Source of the DNA: Anthoceros angustus
Lineage: Eukaryota > Plantae > Anthocerotophyta
Reading direction: 5' to 3'
NCBI GenBank assembly: GCA_010909165.1
Contig: VJWM01000178.1
Location: 186,001-250,000, forward strand
Length of the DNA stretch: 64,000 bases
Position 1 is the stretch's first letter. The number at the start of each line of letters is the position of its first letter. Position numbers and translations under genes: made by a program. The notes under the pieces were generated by a model that saw only the letters and a list, made by a program, of their open reading frames with translations, was not told the origin of the DNA and searched no databases. Shown one piece after another: positions 11,959-23,502 of the stretch.

Positions 11959-12702
11959 CTATTCCAAATCTATCACTAAGTGATAGCCTAGAGAGTCAGC
12001 TATGCAAACTATTGCCGAACCTTGAGCAGATGTTAGTGGAAACCTGGATATCTTCCATGCTCCATTCTGCCTTTCAAGTTGCGAAAGGGCACGAAATTTA
12101 TCGTCGTGAACATGGGCAGAAAGAATTTTGTACATATCCACGATGGCTTTAACTTGGTCATCAATGGATTGCCAACCTGCGGAGGTCTTGATACACTGAA
12201 ACAACTTAGCATCTGCGGATAGAAAATATCGCCACCAATTAGCTCTAGTACCTCTATCCTTGATGTCTCCATACTTCACCTTCAAGTGCTCTTCAAAGAG
12301 CTCAAAAACGCCTCTCATGTTGTTGACGCTTTTTGCCGCTAAGAGATCGAATTCGAGATCCCGAATTCTTCGTTCACAGAGAGAAATAGCCAGCTCCTTA
12401 GCCCTCGAAGCGTCAATGGCCTGCTCCTTAGCTTCAATGGCCTGCTGCAAGGCTTGCTCCCTAGCCCTCGAGACCTGGATGGTTTCTTCATGCAGCGTCT
12501 TGACTGAATCAATGAGCATCTGTTGCCTCTCGGCGTCCTTCTCTGTCCTCAACAGGGTCAACAAAGGGTCCATATTGGAAGCTCTAACACTGAAAGCCTT
12601 GACATGCCTATCCCGAGCCCGAGCATAAGGTCTTCTTGGCATACTCAAGCCCATGAGTGATCCAGAAGCAGAGCCGCTGATCGGCACCAGCAATGCCGCC
12701 AT
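11959..12702 (-). CDS. Orphan intronless protein (247 aa): putative organelle transit peptide, coiled coil and HEPN-like helical domain
   Basis: Open 744-nt frame from ATG 12702. First 42 aa are Ser/Arg/Ala-rich with one acidic residue and end VRA-S. E/Q/A/K-rich helical stretch follows. C-terminal half has NMRGVFE...WW...LFQC...MYKILSAHVH. Confidence 0.7.
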   Translation of the reverse strand: MAALLVPISGSASGSLMGLSMPRRPYARARDRHVKAFSVRASNMDPLLTLLRTEKDAERQQMLIDSVKTLHEETIQVSRAREQALQQAIEAKEQAIDASRAKELAISLCERRIRDLEFDLLAAKSVNNMRGVFELFEEHLKVKYGDIKDRGTRANWWRYFLSADAKLFQCIKTSAGWQSIDDQVKAIVDMYKILSAHVHDDKFRALSQLERQNGAWKISRFPLTSAQGSAIVCIADSLGYHLVIDLE

Positions 12703-12787
12703 AGATAAAAGACGCCCGCAATCCTCAACCAGCAAAGGCTTCCCGATTCTCCACTACCTCTCACCCCGCGAGCTGAAGAGCAAAGCC

Positions 12788-12873
12788 CTCCCTCCAATTC
12801 GTCTCTCAAACAGGGCGCAGCCAAGGACAGCTCCCTCCAATTCGTCTCTCAAACAGGGCGCAGGCAAAGACAG
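12788..12873. repeat. 43-bp tandem duplication upstream of the orphan gene
   Basis: ctccctccaattcgtctctcaaacagggcgcag(c/g)caa(g/a)gacag at 12788 and 12831. Confidence 0.9.
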
Positions 12874-13205
12874 GTAGCCCAGCCCAGCTCGGCGAAGCAG
12901 ACAGCGGCTCCTTTCCCTCAGCACAGCGGCAGACAGTGGGCAGAAGGAGGCGGCAAGCTCCCAAGATGCGAGAGCAGCACGGGGACTCAAATTCCCTTCC
13001 GCACCGAATTCAGCGGAGCTGTATGTAGAGCGGAAGACAGCGGGCGGGAGGGGAACAGCGCTAGGGGCCAGGGCAGGGTCAGCAGGGAGGCGTTGCTGCG
13101 TCTGCTGAGCAAGGAATCTGTTGAGGCCTTCTGCTGGCCCTGTCGCTATGTCTCGGGCTCCTCTGATGAGTGGCAACAGCTTGTGTGTTTTGCATGCCAG
13201 GTTTT

Positions 13206-13285
13206 CATTCTGTGAGATTCGGTAGTGATGGAGTAGTTAGTGGTAGGAGCTGCCTGGGTTCAATCCATCCTAGCCATTCTGTGAG
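13206..13285 (+). mobile_element. 58-bp tRNA-like insertion (A-box/B-box-like) between 11-bp direct repeats
   Basis: cattctgtgag at 13206-13216 and 13275-13285. The interior has gtagttagtggta and cctgggttcaatcc. Confidence 0.35.
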
Positions 13286-13449
13286 TACTGCCAGTCGAGC
13301 ATGACGCGCTTGTTGTGTATGAACAACTGGCTTGCCGGGGATGTGTTTGTCAGCAACTAGTTGCCTTGTGGACATACTGTACATGGAAAATGTGGGAGTT
13401 TGAAGGATGCCCGGTGAGTGTTAGCACAGCACGGCCACCTGCGCCATGC

Positions 13450-14810
13450 CATGGAATGCCCTGATATCTGTGTATGCGAAATGACGTGAACCTGAGGGCT
13501 TGAGGCAGGACCGGAAATGGGAGTCGTGACGGCTGCAAATTGAGTAAGTTCACCTTTTGTAGCTGGCCTCTGAGTGCGTGCACTTGCTGCGGATTTGTCA
13601 GGGTTGGGTTTTCTGGACAGCGTGGCCATGAAAGGATGAGTGGACATGGGCTGCCGTTCTTGGACAGGCTCTTTATTTGAAATGGTCTGATGTACTGAAG
13701 GATGGTCTGCATTGAAGCTGATGGCATTCTGTTGCCGATCTGCTGATCCATTCGTGGTAGGCGGACGAGTTTGGGATGAGTGGATCTGGATAGCTGTGTG
13801 TGTGGGGGGTGTGTCTTGATGGTGGCTTGTGGGTATGCCAACCTCGTGTGTGCAGGATTGGGAATGGCCTCCGTGACTGCTGGAACTCTGTGAGCCTGTT
13901 ATGTCAGGAGAGGAAGCCCTCTGTTACGTCCTTTGGCTGACCCTGTTACTTTTGCTTAGATTGTATTGGGCGTCGTGATGGCTGGGATTGTAGAATGTTA
14001 TGTCGGCAGGGGATGCTTTCTGAGGCCGTTGGAGCTGCCCTGGATTCTATGGCGCAGATAGACCTTGCTGTTTCACAGCCTCTGGTTCATATTGCGCACG
14101 AAAGTGTCCGTCTGTAAGAAGGATTCATTTGTGGAGCGACGAGTACATTGATCTCAGTGTCCATTTGGGGTGCGAGTGGAATATTCCATCTGGAATGCTA
14201 TGAGAGCTGGGTATGCCGAGCACGGGCTTGCTCGAACATGAAGCGCTAGTTGTGTGTGGACGACTGGAGCCGGAGGGCCTCATTTTCGCTGACCATGTTA
14301 CTTTTGCTGTGCTTGAAAAGGCTGGTGCACAGCACTGGTGCCTTTGAGAAGAGCATGGAGGTGCACACGCTGATTGCCCAAACACTGACTGCAGGGTATC
14401 AAAGGTGGGCAGCTGCCTGCGGATATGTGTGCCCAAGCAAAATGTTGCAAACTGAAGGATGCATGCCAGTTTTTCACATCATGGCCACAAATGATGTGGT
14501 GACATGGAATGTCGTGATAGCGGGTTATGCAAAATGTGATGAACTGAGAGAGGCACGCCAGGTTTTGACAGCATGAACTCGAAGAATGAGGTGACATGGA
14601 ATGCCTGATAGCTGGGTACGCTGGGTACGCTGGACAAGGGCTCGGACATGAGTACCTTGTTCTGGAGGAGGGCTGATCCTAGATGCTCATGCCTTTTCAC
14701 TTGCCTCCTGAAGGCTAGTGCAAGTACTGGGGCCTTAAAGAAGGATAGGCAGCTGCACTCACTGGTTGACGAAAGAGGACTGCTGGGTAACGTGGTGTTG
14801 GGCAGATGGA
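13450..14810 (+). pseudogene. Decayed PLS-class PPR gene
   Basis: Frameshifted fragments: DGCKLSKFTF..LSAC, WNS...GEEAL, AGYAEHGL, HVTF...EKSMEVH, NDVVTWNVVIAGYAKC...EARQV, KNEVTWNALIAGYA, FTCLLKASASTGALKKDRQLHSLV. Many stops. Confidence 0.75.
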
Positions 14811-15099
14811 CGAAGAATTTCAATTTGCCGTACCAACCTGCGGCAGAGGTAACAACCCATCCGCCCCTGCGACAGCATGACTCGGCACATCAGCAGAGCG
14901 AGGCTCCTCGTCAGCGGGACTTTTGGGAGGTCTGGCTCCAGTGCCATACAACCGGAAATTCCAACAGAGAAATCCCGGAAATTTCCCACACAAACCCAAC
15001 CCTGACAATGCTGTCAGCAGCTAGGTGCAAGCACACCATGATCTCACCTTGAAGCCCCAGGCTGGGCGTCCAATCTGTGCATGAAGCTGGGCGACCCAG

Positions 15100-15300
15100 C
15101 ATGCGAATACGCAAGTGGCACACAAATATCTGATTCATCATCAGAGAAAGTCCATGTCACCACATGTTGTCGAAGAAGCCTGCCACGGCAATCACGCTTT
15201 GAGCGTTCTTCCTTCTTTCAGGCTGTCACACTTTGCATATACTAGTAGCCAATACCGTTGCCATGTACAGAAAGCGAGACGAGGAAAGGAGGAAGAAGAG
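15100..15300 (-). pseudogene. PPR fragment, opposite strand
   Basis: Minus strand reads VYAKCDSLKEGR, then in another frame RLLRQHVVTWTF, matching the S-motif/P-motif junction consensus (YAKCGSLEEA...VVTWT). Confidence 0.45.
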
Positions 15301-15604
15301 TCCGTTACATATTTGGTGGGTGTCGAATTAATGCTGTGCGTGAGGATAAATAGGAAGTCTGGGATTCCAAAGCAAAGGGAATCCAGGCCGAATCTCTCAT
15401 TCAGCGTCACGCGCTTTCCACAGCGGGGAAAAGACCTACTTCCATCCTCGCTGTTTCAATCCAGAGGGGCAAGGAAGAAAGCAGAGTACCTGTGCCAGTC
15501 GGGGTTCCTGGCCCTCTTCACCTGCGATTGGATTGAGAATCGAAGGGTGCTGATCCCTCGAGCCGTGCTAGCGACAGTCTGCTTGGAATTGATGTACATG
15601 GAAT

Positions 15605-15790
15605 GGATGTGAATTGGTGGGGATCTGGAGTTGGTGGGTTCCGGAGTTGGTGTGTAGAATCGGTCTCCATTTCGTGGGATTCTGCGGTTGGTGTGTAAAA
15701 TGTGTCTGAATTCGTGGGATTCCGATGTGGGTATTGTGAATTGGTGGGCTGGTGTTGAAGTGTTGGGTTGTTGAATTGGCCTCAATTCGT
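15605..15790. repeat. Low-complexity degenerate repeat (gaatt.gtggg / gttggtgtgta.aat units)
   Basis: Recurrent gaattggtggg, ttcgtgggatt and gttggtgtgta motifs. Confidence 0.5.
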
Positions 15791-16929
15791 AGGATTCCGA
15801 AGTTGCGCTGAGCTTGTGATGGAATGGGGAACGGGTCTTCCTGCATGCAAGACTGCCCACAACAGACTGGATTGGGGAGAAGGCGGTAGGACATGCAGCA
15901 TGAAGGAGCAACACAGCAAAATGGGCAGAGAGGAAGGTGGGCTCCCACGACACAAGGGTTCCAATCCAAGAGCCAGGGGAGGCAGCAGAGGGAGGTGCTG
16001 GTGGTGTGGAATTACGGCCATGACGTGATCCAGCTCCCGCCGCTTCATCGATTTGGAGGAGGTTAGGCAGCGCACCTGCGTGATATGATCAACCGTAATT
16101 CTATTTTATTTATTCATTAATTGATAAATACAGTTAAACTATTTTCAAAGGACTTTATTACGTGACACTTGAAATTGCCACTTAGCTACTACCAGATGAA
16201 GCTACTTTGACGATACTAATCACAATGACCGCGATGAATGACATATGTGCATCCTCCACAAGTGTAGTGAAGTCTAAGATAAATAGGCTTTAGATTGTCA
16301 GGATGCAATCTTGCATCATTCATCGCCATAGTAGCATCTCTGGAAGGATTATTTATGAATAAATATATGTAAAAAAAATTTCATATCTCTTGACATATCT
16401 TATTTATCTTTTGAAGGACAAATATAGTTTTGCCCCATAAATGCCAAAGGCATTGATTGACATATATTATTGCTTAACAAATACATATGCTCTTTCAATG
16501 TGTGAAATTAAATTTACAGTTTCCTGGGAAATAACCAATTTATCTAAATTCAAAACTTGCGTATACTTTTTTATATCCATTGTCACTCGATGAACAAAGT
16601 CATTCATAAACCAGTTCAAAAAACAGATATACCACACAGATAGCCCACAAGAAAGAGATGATTTATTGAGGTGAAAGAACGATGGAAAGAGACCATCTAG
16701 GAAGGGACAACAAATGGGGACCCGGGGGTCGGAGTGAAGAGGAGCAACTGAGCTCCCTACCTAAAGTGACCAACTGCACCCACAATGTCATATGTAGAAT
16801 AAACGGCCGCAAACCAGAGGAAGAGGAAAGGCATCACCCACCGCCGCCGCCTTGTGGAGAATCGCTGAGAGCGCCCGCAAGAGCAATAGAAACCAGCCGG
16901 AAGTATCCGTGAAGTACGAGAGGACGTAC

Positions 16930-17090
16930 ACTATGCTGCGCGCATGGTAAGCTTTGGCACAAGACTTGATGAATTTGTCAAAGTCCATGACCATTGCCCC
17001 ATACGCTTTCTAGAGCAAGCGGGATAAAGAGGTGGCCCGCTTGCATCCTGCTATACTTGCGGACCTTGAGAGCTGTTGCAAGACCCGGCT
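16930..17090 (-). mobile_element. Degenerate Ty3/Gypsy integrase zinc-binding (H2C2) fragment
   Basis: SIAGCKRATSLSRLL*KAYGAMVMDFDKFIKSCAK resembles AGHxGxxxTxxRLxxxYxWxxMxxDVxxFIKSCxxC. Confidence 0.4.
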
Positions 17091-18464
17091 GGGCGGTTGG
17101 TGATGACTGGCGAGGTGGCGTCACGTGGTCGAACCACTACATCCGCCACCACAACCGTCGCCACGGACAAGGTATAAGTCCGCCCTGATTGAACGACCTG
17201 TAAGAAGAGTATACTCCCGCTCCCTCCAGGCCATATAGCCACTTTCGCGAGCAATGGCAAACATGACGTCACGGATGGCGTCACAAGACGAACAAAGTGA
17301 ATCATGACTCCGTTTTGAAGAACAACTTTCTACATATGGCTCCTCGGAAATTGGCTACAGCCTTGAGAGAGGTGAAATGCATACATGTTTTCCACTCGCC
17401 TCTATCTTCGGGGGCGGAAGCTAGTTCGCACCCTTGGGCATGAGGGGGCTACAAAAGCTAGCTAGTGCCTCCCCCATTTCTCTTGATGGAACAATAATAT
17501 TTGGGTATTATTGTGAAATACAAACTTAGCTTGTACCTTCACACTAGTGAATCCTGTTTTGCATTGAATCTATGAAGATGAGCTATGACTACAACTTTTA
17601 TTTGCAATCACTTGGGGCACTGTTATGCCTTCACATGTTTCAATAAGTTCATAAAATATGCAAAAGAACTTTAAAATATTAATAATTCAAATATAAAAGT
17701 AAATATATTATCAAAAAGAAGACAGAAAACTAGCTACTTCACCACCTTACAAACGAAAGTACACGAAAAATACTTAGCTACCTCACAACCGGAGGTCTCT
17801 GGGAATATTCCCCGGTACATAACCGATGATCCGATGATAATATAACTCGTAAAGATTTATTAAAACTCATCAGACGAGTTCGTGGGATCATTCACAGTTT
17901 CCTCGATATGAGCACCGGGGATGTATTCAAGATTCCGTGGTTATACATGGATCAGATAACGATAACACGTAAGATGCTCGAATTGCTCTCAGGAAATGTG
18001 TCAAACAAGGAGGAAAGGCAACTCGGCTGGGGAATATGACCTCTACGAGAACTGTGGGCATATCTCAATGGGGTCTGACGTCCATTGTAATTCTGCGAAT
18101 GACGGAATTTGAAGATGCGCCCCACTCGATGAACAGATTGCAGTACCAAGTAAACCATAGGCGGGTACAGTCAAGACGCTGAAGGGATGACTGTACCCAG
18201 TAAGCCATAGCCAGAATGAGTTCGAGATCCACCCCTTCACAAGAGGGGCCAGAAGAAAACCAAGATGAATATCCCCGTGCCACAGAAATGGACCGCCTGA
18301 TAGCCGCTTTGGAGAGCTGGAACATGGTGTAGCAGGGCCAAGACTCTTCATCGCTTCTGAGCTGCATCTGTATTTCAGTAGAATATATCCGGCAATCCCC
18401 TTTGACCCGAGCCAGGTTATTAGTACCCTTTGCTTATCCTGGTCCGAAGTGGACATGAACTCAC

Positions 18465-19605
18465 TCAAAGGTACAGGTTGATGAGGTTCTTGATAGCGTC
18501 CCAAATACTAGTCGCCACCGGGTTGATTTCCACAGCCTTTTCCAGCTCCACGCTTGGGAACACATTGGTCATGGCTTGCTGCATACCAGGCTGGGACATC
18601 ATCGCCTGCAACTGTCCCATGGACATGACCTGACAGTCCTGAGGAGTTTCACGGATGGCGGCAGCATTGTAGCCCAGGGTCCCCAAGTACGCCTTGTACT
18701 TGTCGATGAATTCCTGGCCCGGGTTGGGGACCCTCGAGTAGACCTACAACGGCGTGCCTTGCATGTAATCTGGCAGCTACCATAGCCAGCAGTAGACGGG
18801 AAAGAAGACATCAACTTAACTGACCTGAACGAAGCTGGTGTCCTTGGCTCCCGACACCAGCGCGTAGTTATCGTAGTCGGTGTCCAGCACATCATACGGT
18901 TCCTTGGGGATGAACGGCAGCGTAGGGAATCGCAGAAAGCATTTTTCCCGGATCATTTCCATCTTCTCCAGAGGCGTTTCCACACTGGCCAGCTCCTCGT
19001 CCGACACGCATTGCACCTTGCCCCGGATCCCGGTGATGTAGCCTGTCGGACTGCCGTGCACGCAGAAGGTGTCCACTTGTATGCCCTTGCTCTGCTCATC
19101 CAGGGAGTACACTCCCTGCCACACCAGCGGCCTCGGCCTCAGCCTCAGCCTCGCACAACCTGGCCGGGCCAAGATTAGGGGTTTCCACACACAGTACCTG
19201 AGTGCAGTGGCAGTCCCCTTGGCCCTGGCCTGCGAAGCCCTGCTTGAGCGAGGCCACCTCGAACCACCTTCCCGCGTACCTGGCGGGGTCAAAGTTGCTC
19301 ATGCTCATGCCGGACACGGCGCTCGCATCCGCCTGCACCGACAAGACGGAACGGCGTAAATGGAGAGGAGAGATGCGCGCCAGCCCGTCCACGGAATTCG
19401 CAAGCATTGTACGTACCTGAGCTGCGGAAGTGAGCAGCACTGCTGCTCCCGCCACAACCGCCATAGCCACCCGGCTGGGAAGAACTGGGAATGCTGTCGA
19501 GGGTGCATGATCCACAGAGCACCGAACCCCTGTCACCTTCCTCCCCCTGGTCGGTGCCCGGCAAGGGGCTGTTGCGCCTATCACTGGCAACACACCACAC
19601 GCCAT
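18465..19605 (-). CDS. CHL: Chloroplastic lipocalin (multi-exon)
   Basis: NFDPARYAGRWFEVASLKQGFAGQGQGDCHCTQ|GVY, IQVDTFCVHGSPTGYITGIRGKVQC, KCFLRFPTLPFIPKEPYDVLDTDYDNYALVSGAKDTSFVQ, ETPQDC. Bipartite transit peptide. Confidence 0.96.
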
Positions 19606-19989
19606 GAGACCCCCTCATCTTCCTTGGGTTGTCTGCAGCTCCCTCTTGTACGAGCCCGCGTCCAAATGCACGGTAATTTCACCTTTCCTTTCAATGCCTT
19701 GCCTACTGCGCCCAGCGATAAAAGTATCCAGAGCCAAATAACAGCCACGAGAGACCAAGTTTCTGCTTTCATAATGAGACATGTTTGCCAGCTTTTTCGC
19801 TGGCCTACACTAAAACCTACAGTCTCGAGAAGACTCCGCTAAAGCAAAGGCTTGATAAATCTGCTGTAGGAGGGAGCCATCGTCTTGCCTATTTCGTGAG
19901 GGGTGTAACTCCCTGACCACTACCAAAGGTATTCTTTTGAGCCTCCTGCCCTGTACCTCGTCTATCAGATCTTGCTCCAAATCTCCCTC

Positions 19990-20140
19990 TTCGTCCTTTT
20001 CGTCAGATGTTGCTTCTCATCTAGCTTTGTGTGCTTCCAGGACTTGTGATGTTTGTGTGATGATCTTCCCTCTTCCAAGATAAATGGATAAGTTCTACAC
20101 ATTTGCAAAAGCAAAGATGTATTCCATATTGCAGACTTGG
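19990..20140 (-). pseudogene. Possible PPR L-motif remnant
   Basis: WNTSLLLQMCRTYPFILEEGRSSHKH resembles TFxxLLxxCxxxxxLEEGRxxH. Confidence 0.3.
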
Positions 20141-20489
20141 CCTGGGAGGGTTGCAACTCTCGAGTTTCCAAGACCGCCACGGTGAGGCATCTCAACGAAA
20201 GGCATGTAGCCAAAAGGGTAGATGTTGCGTTGTCAACTTATAGAATAATAATGGCACCTCATTAAACCCCGGTATACAATGGAATTTGAACTTAAATTAT
20301 AATAGTTGGACCAAGTGAAGAATTAACCAATTCATCTAAGTGAATAATTTATTTTTGATAGACTTTCTACATTATTTCTAATCGGTCAACTTAAAATATA
20401 AAATGACTCTTGGATTTGCACCCGCGGATCTTGCTTGTTGTAGGATCGAGAATAGGTGTTAACACAACTGTGACTTTGAGAAGGTTTGT

Positions 20490-20690
20490 GTTGTTATGTA
20501 AATGGGAGCCATTGTATTTGTTTTCCACTGTGCTGAAATTGTGTACTGTCGTTCAAGCTTATGCATATGTTGCTGCCTTAGAATCTAGCACAAATGTGCT
20601 TGTGATGTGTGTGTAGAGTGGCGTGTCTACTATTTTGTTCGTTGCTAATTGCTCGGTGCATAACCTACAACGAGTTCATGATCTCTTTGC
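20490..20690 (+). pseudogene. Possible PPR remnant
   Basis: gttcaagcttatgcatatgttgctgccttagaatctagc (VQAYAYVAALESS) resembles attcaagcttgtacaactggtgcagcattggcagagggc (IQACTTGAALAEG) in the PPR gene at ~37805. An FVAN-like sequence follows. Confidence 0.35.
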
Positions 20691-21931
20691 AGCTTCCAAG
20701 AAGTGAGGGGGAGGAAGAACAATAGAACGACTCCTATCAAAGGTAGACAACAAGTCGATGGGGGGAGTCACAATTGTGGCAAGGACATCCGCCATGAGAA
20801 AAAAGACTGTGAGCTTTGGCATGAACCAGTTTTCACTATGTACATGGTACATGTAGGTACAGGGCCGTTCCCGAGGGCATTTGAAAGCTCGACAGTGCCG
20901 TAGATGTGCATAATTATATCCACATCCTCGTTTGCACTACCAGATCCAAGACTTGGGGTGCGTATGGAGACATAAATATTTGCTCACGCATGTGTTTGTG
21001 CCATGGTTTGTCGGAACCTGGGTTCTAAACCCTTACAAACCATGATAACCAAACCTAGGACCAAGCCTCATATCGGCCCTCAAAACTGTAACAATTTTAT
21101 TTATCACAACCTTCAAGTTATAGTTTTCATACGAGCTCCAATTTCTTTGTCACGATCTTCATGTTACAGTTTTTATAACAGCTCCTACGCTCGGGAACCC
21201 GCCTGCAACCCGTAACAAATCCATCGAAAACGTTACAAATAAGCCCAAAACAGCATCATATGAGCACCTTGCATCTACTAGTGTGGGTACTTTGTAGACG
21301 ACTTAATATTGGGACAGGTATTGTATGCGGCAAAGTAGCCGTGCAGTTACGATCCATTGAGATTCGGCCTCACGTGCCTCCGAATTGTCCTAGCCACGTC
21401 TCCCTCAACTTCGCTCCCTTCGTGGGAATCGCGGAGGTCCTAACTGTGCGGCCCCGGTCGAGGGTGAGGATTCCCGAGGCTCTTCGGGTGGGAGGCCGCG
21501 TGTTACCCTCAACACGCATGGACTTGGGTTTTCCGAGGGGCAGAGAGCTGGTGGCGCGCACGCGCGATCAAGAGGGAAAATATGGTTGATGGGGCCTTTC
21601 GCACCTGGTTAGGTACTGCAGCCCCTTTAGAAAGGGACTCTTTGGGCATTCCACTGCCCCTCATCTTCAGTTCTCTGGTGCTGAGCTCGTAATGGAGAAA
21701 TCCTGTTTGATAGCCTGGCCTGGCCACCTGGAAGGTCCGACTTCTCTCTGTATATATCAAAAACGTTACTCGATTGCGTGTGGCCGGCCTGGCCGGCTTC
21801 CTCTTGGCTCCAAAGCATGTCCTACCTCGAGGCTCCCGCCTCTCTTGCCACTCCGCCTATCCGCACGCGCATGCTCTGAGCCCGCAGGCTGGTGAAAAGT
21901 GTCGGACCCCGGTCCTGGACCTGGAGCATCC

Positions 21932-22104
21932 ATGGGTGCGGTGGCAACCATCGGCGACCTGGCAAAGAACGTCTTAGGGATCGGAGTCATCACGGTCGCC
22001 GTGATGGCGACCATGATACTTGTGTACAAGATATTGCCCTCATGCATGAGGCGCAGGAGCACAAGGCTGGCGCAACAGCAGCCGATAACACTGGGCTCTC
22101 GTCT

Positions 22105-22136
<32 letters not shown>

Positions 22137-22456
22137 CAGCAGCAGACAATTCCATCCCTCTGCCGCCGCCGATCGTGCAGCATCAGGGCGAGGCTTCCGG
22201 CGGGGGTCTAGACCCCGCCAACATCCAGGCTCTGCCACTGCTTTGGTGCAGCAAGATGTCGTTCATGGACAACGACCAGTGCTCCGTGTGCCTGAGCAGC
22301 TACAGGGAGGGCGGCGCCCTGCGGTTGCTTCCGCCATGCAGGCACATCTTCCACCGCTCCTGCATCGATGCCTGGCTGAAGGCGCAAGCCTCCTGCCCGC
22401 TCTGCCGCACGCCGGTGCGCTCGCTGCCCGACTTGGCGCCGCTCCGTGTTCCTTGA
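21932..22456 (+). CDS. RING-H2 (ATL-type) E3 ubiquitin ligase, intronless
   Basis: N-terminal TM (VLGIGVITVAVMATMILVY), GLD motif (GGLDPANIQALP), CSVCLSSYREGGALRLLPPCRHIFHRSCIDAWLKAQASCPLCR. Confidence 0.93.
22105..22146 (+). repeat. (GCA)n coding microsatellite giving a poly-Ala tract
   Basis: gcagcagca... with one gta interruption, encoding AAAAAAAAAVAAA. Confidence 0.95.
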
Positions 22457-22691
22457 ACCATGTAGGTACATAAAAACTCGATTCTTTTAGTTTACTGTCC
22501 GTGTTGCGGGGATTATTTGTACATTCATACCCGCAGCGGCAGGTGTCGTTCTCCCATTGACATTGCCCGAGCGCCAGCCACATCGGTATGACAATGTGCG
22601 GTGGCTTGGCTGGCTGTGGATCCCTTTTCCTCTCCGCTCAAGCGCTTCAGCTGCCTGATCTCATGCGGGACGCCACTGGGAAGAGTCTGCC

Positions 22692-23502
22692 ATGAAGCCT
22701 TACTACTTGGACTTGTCTATTGTGCCGTTTTCCATGCTCTTGCTTCTTGTGTATCACGGCTATCTCTATCACAAGGTGAAGAAGGAGCCCGGCGCCACAA
22801 GCATCGGCTTGAATCACATTGCCAGAAGAGCCTGGGTGTTTAGCGTCATGCATGTAAGAGTCCGCCCTCCCGCCCGCAGTGCAATGAATTAAAGCAGAAT
22901 CTCCTTCTCCTTCTGCTTCTCGAGCCAGGGACGGACTTTGGTTAGGGTGCCGAAAGCAGCGGCACTTACCTTCGGCTCCCGTTTGGCAGGACAATCCTGG
23001 TAGAACCGTCCTTGCGGTGCAGACGTTGAGGAACAGCATCATGGTATCCACTCTCATGGCAACGGCAGCGCTGATGCTGAGCACTGGAATGGCTGCAATT
23101 GTAAGCAGTTCGTACCAACTGAAACAGCCGCTCTCCAGCACCATCTTCGGACCTGAGAATGATGTTACGGAAACAGCGAAGTTCATCACTCTTTGCTGCT
23201 TCTTTATCTTCTCCTTCCTGTGCTATACACAGGCCGTAAGGTTCAGTAACCATGTCAACTTTCTTATCAACATCCCGATTCCTGATCATGAGGCCGCGTG
23301 TGGTGGTGTGGTCACTCCTGAGTACGTTGCTCGCCTGCTTGCGCGAGCCTCCAACTTTTACACTGTTGGGACCAGAACCTTTATTATGGCGGTTCCCCTG
23401 CTCTTGTGGCTCGTCAGTCCCATCCCTGTGCTCGTTTGTGCAGTGCTCCTGGTGCTCTTCCTGTACCAATTCGACTTCGTTACGGGCATGGGAATTGTGT
23501 GA
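22692..23502 (+). CDS. DUF599-family membrane protein (exons 22692-22853 and 22990-23502)
   Basis: LDLSIVPFSMLLLLVYH...IGLNHIARRAWV | LAVQTLRNSIMVSTLMAT...F.CYTQAVRFSNHVNFLIN...FYTVGTRTF...PLLLW. GT-AG intron 22854-22989. Confidence 0.92.
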
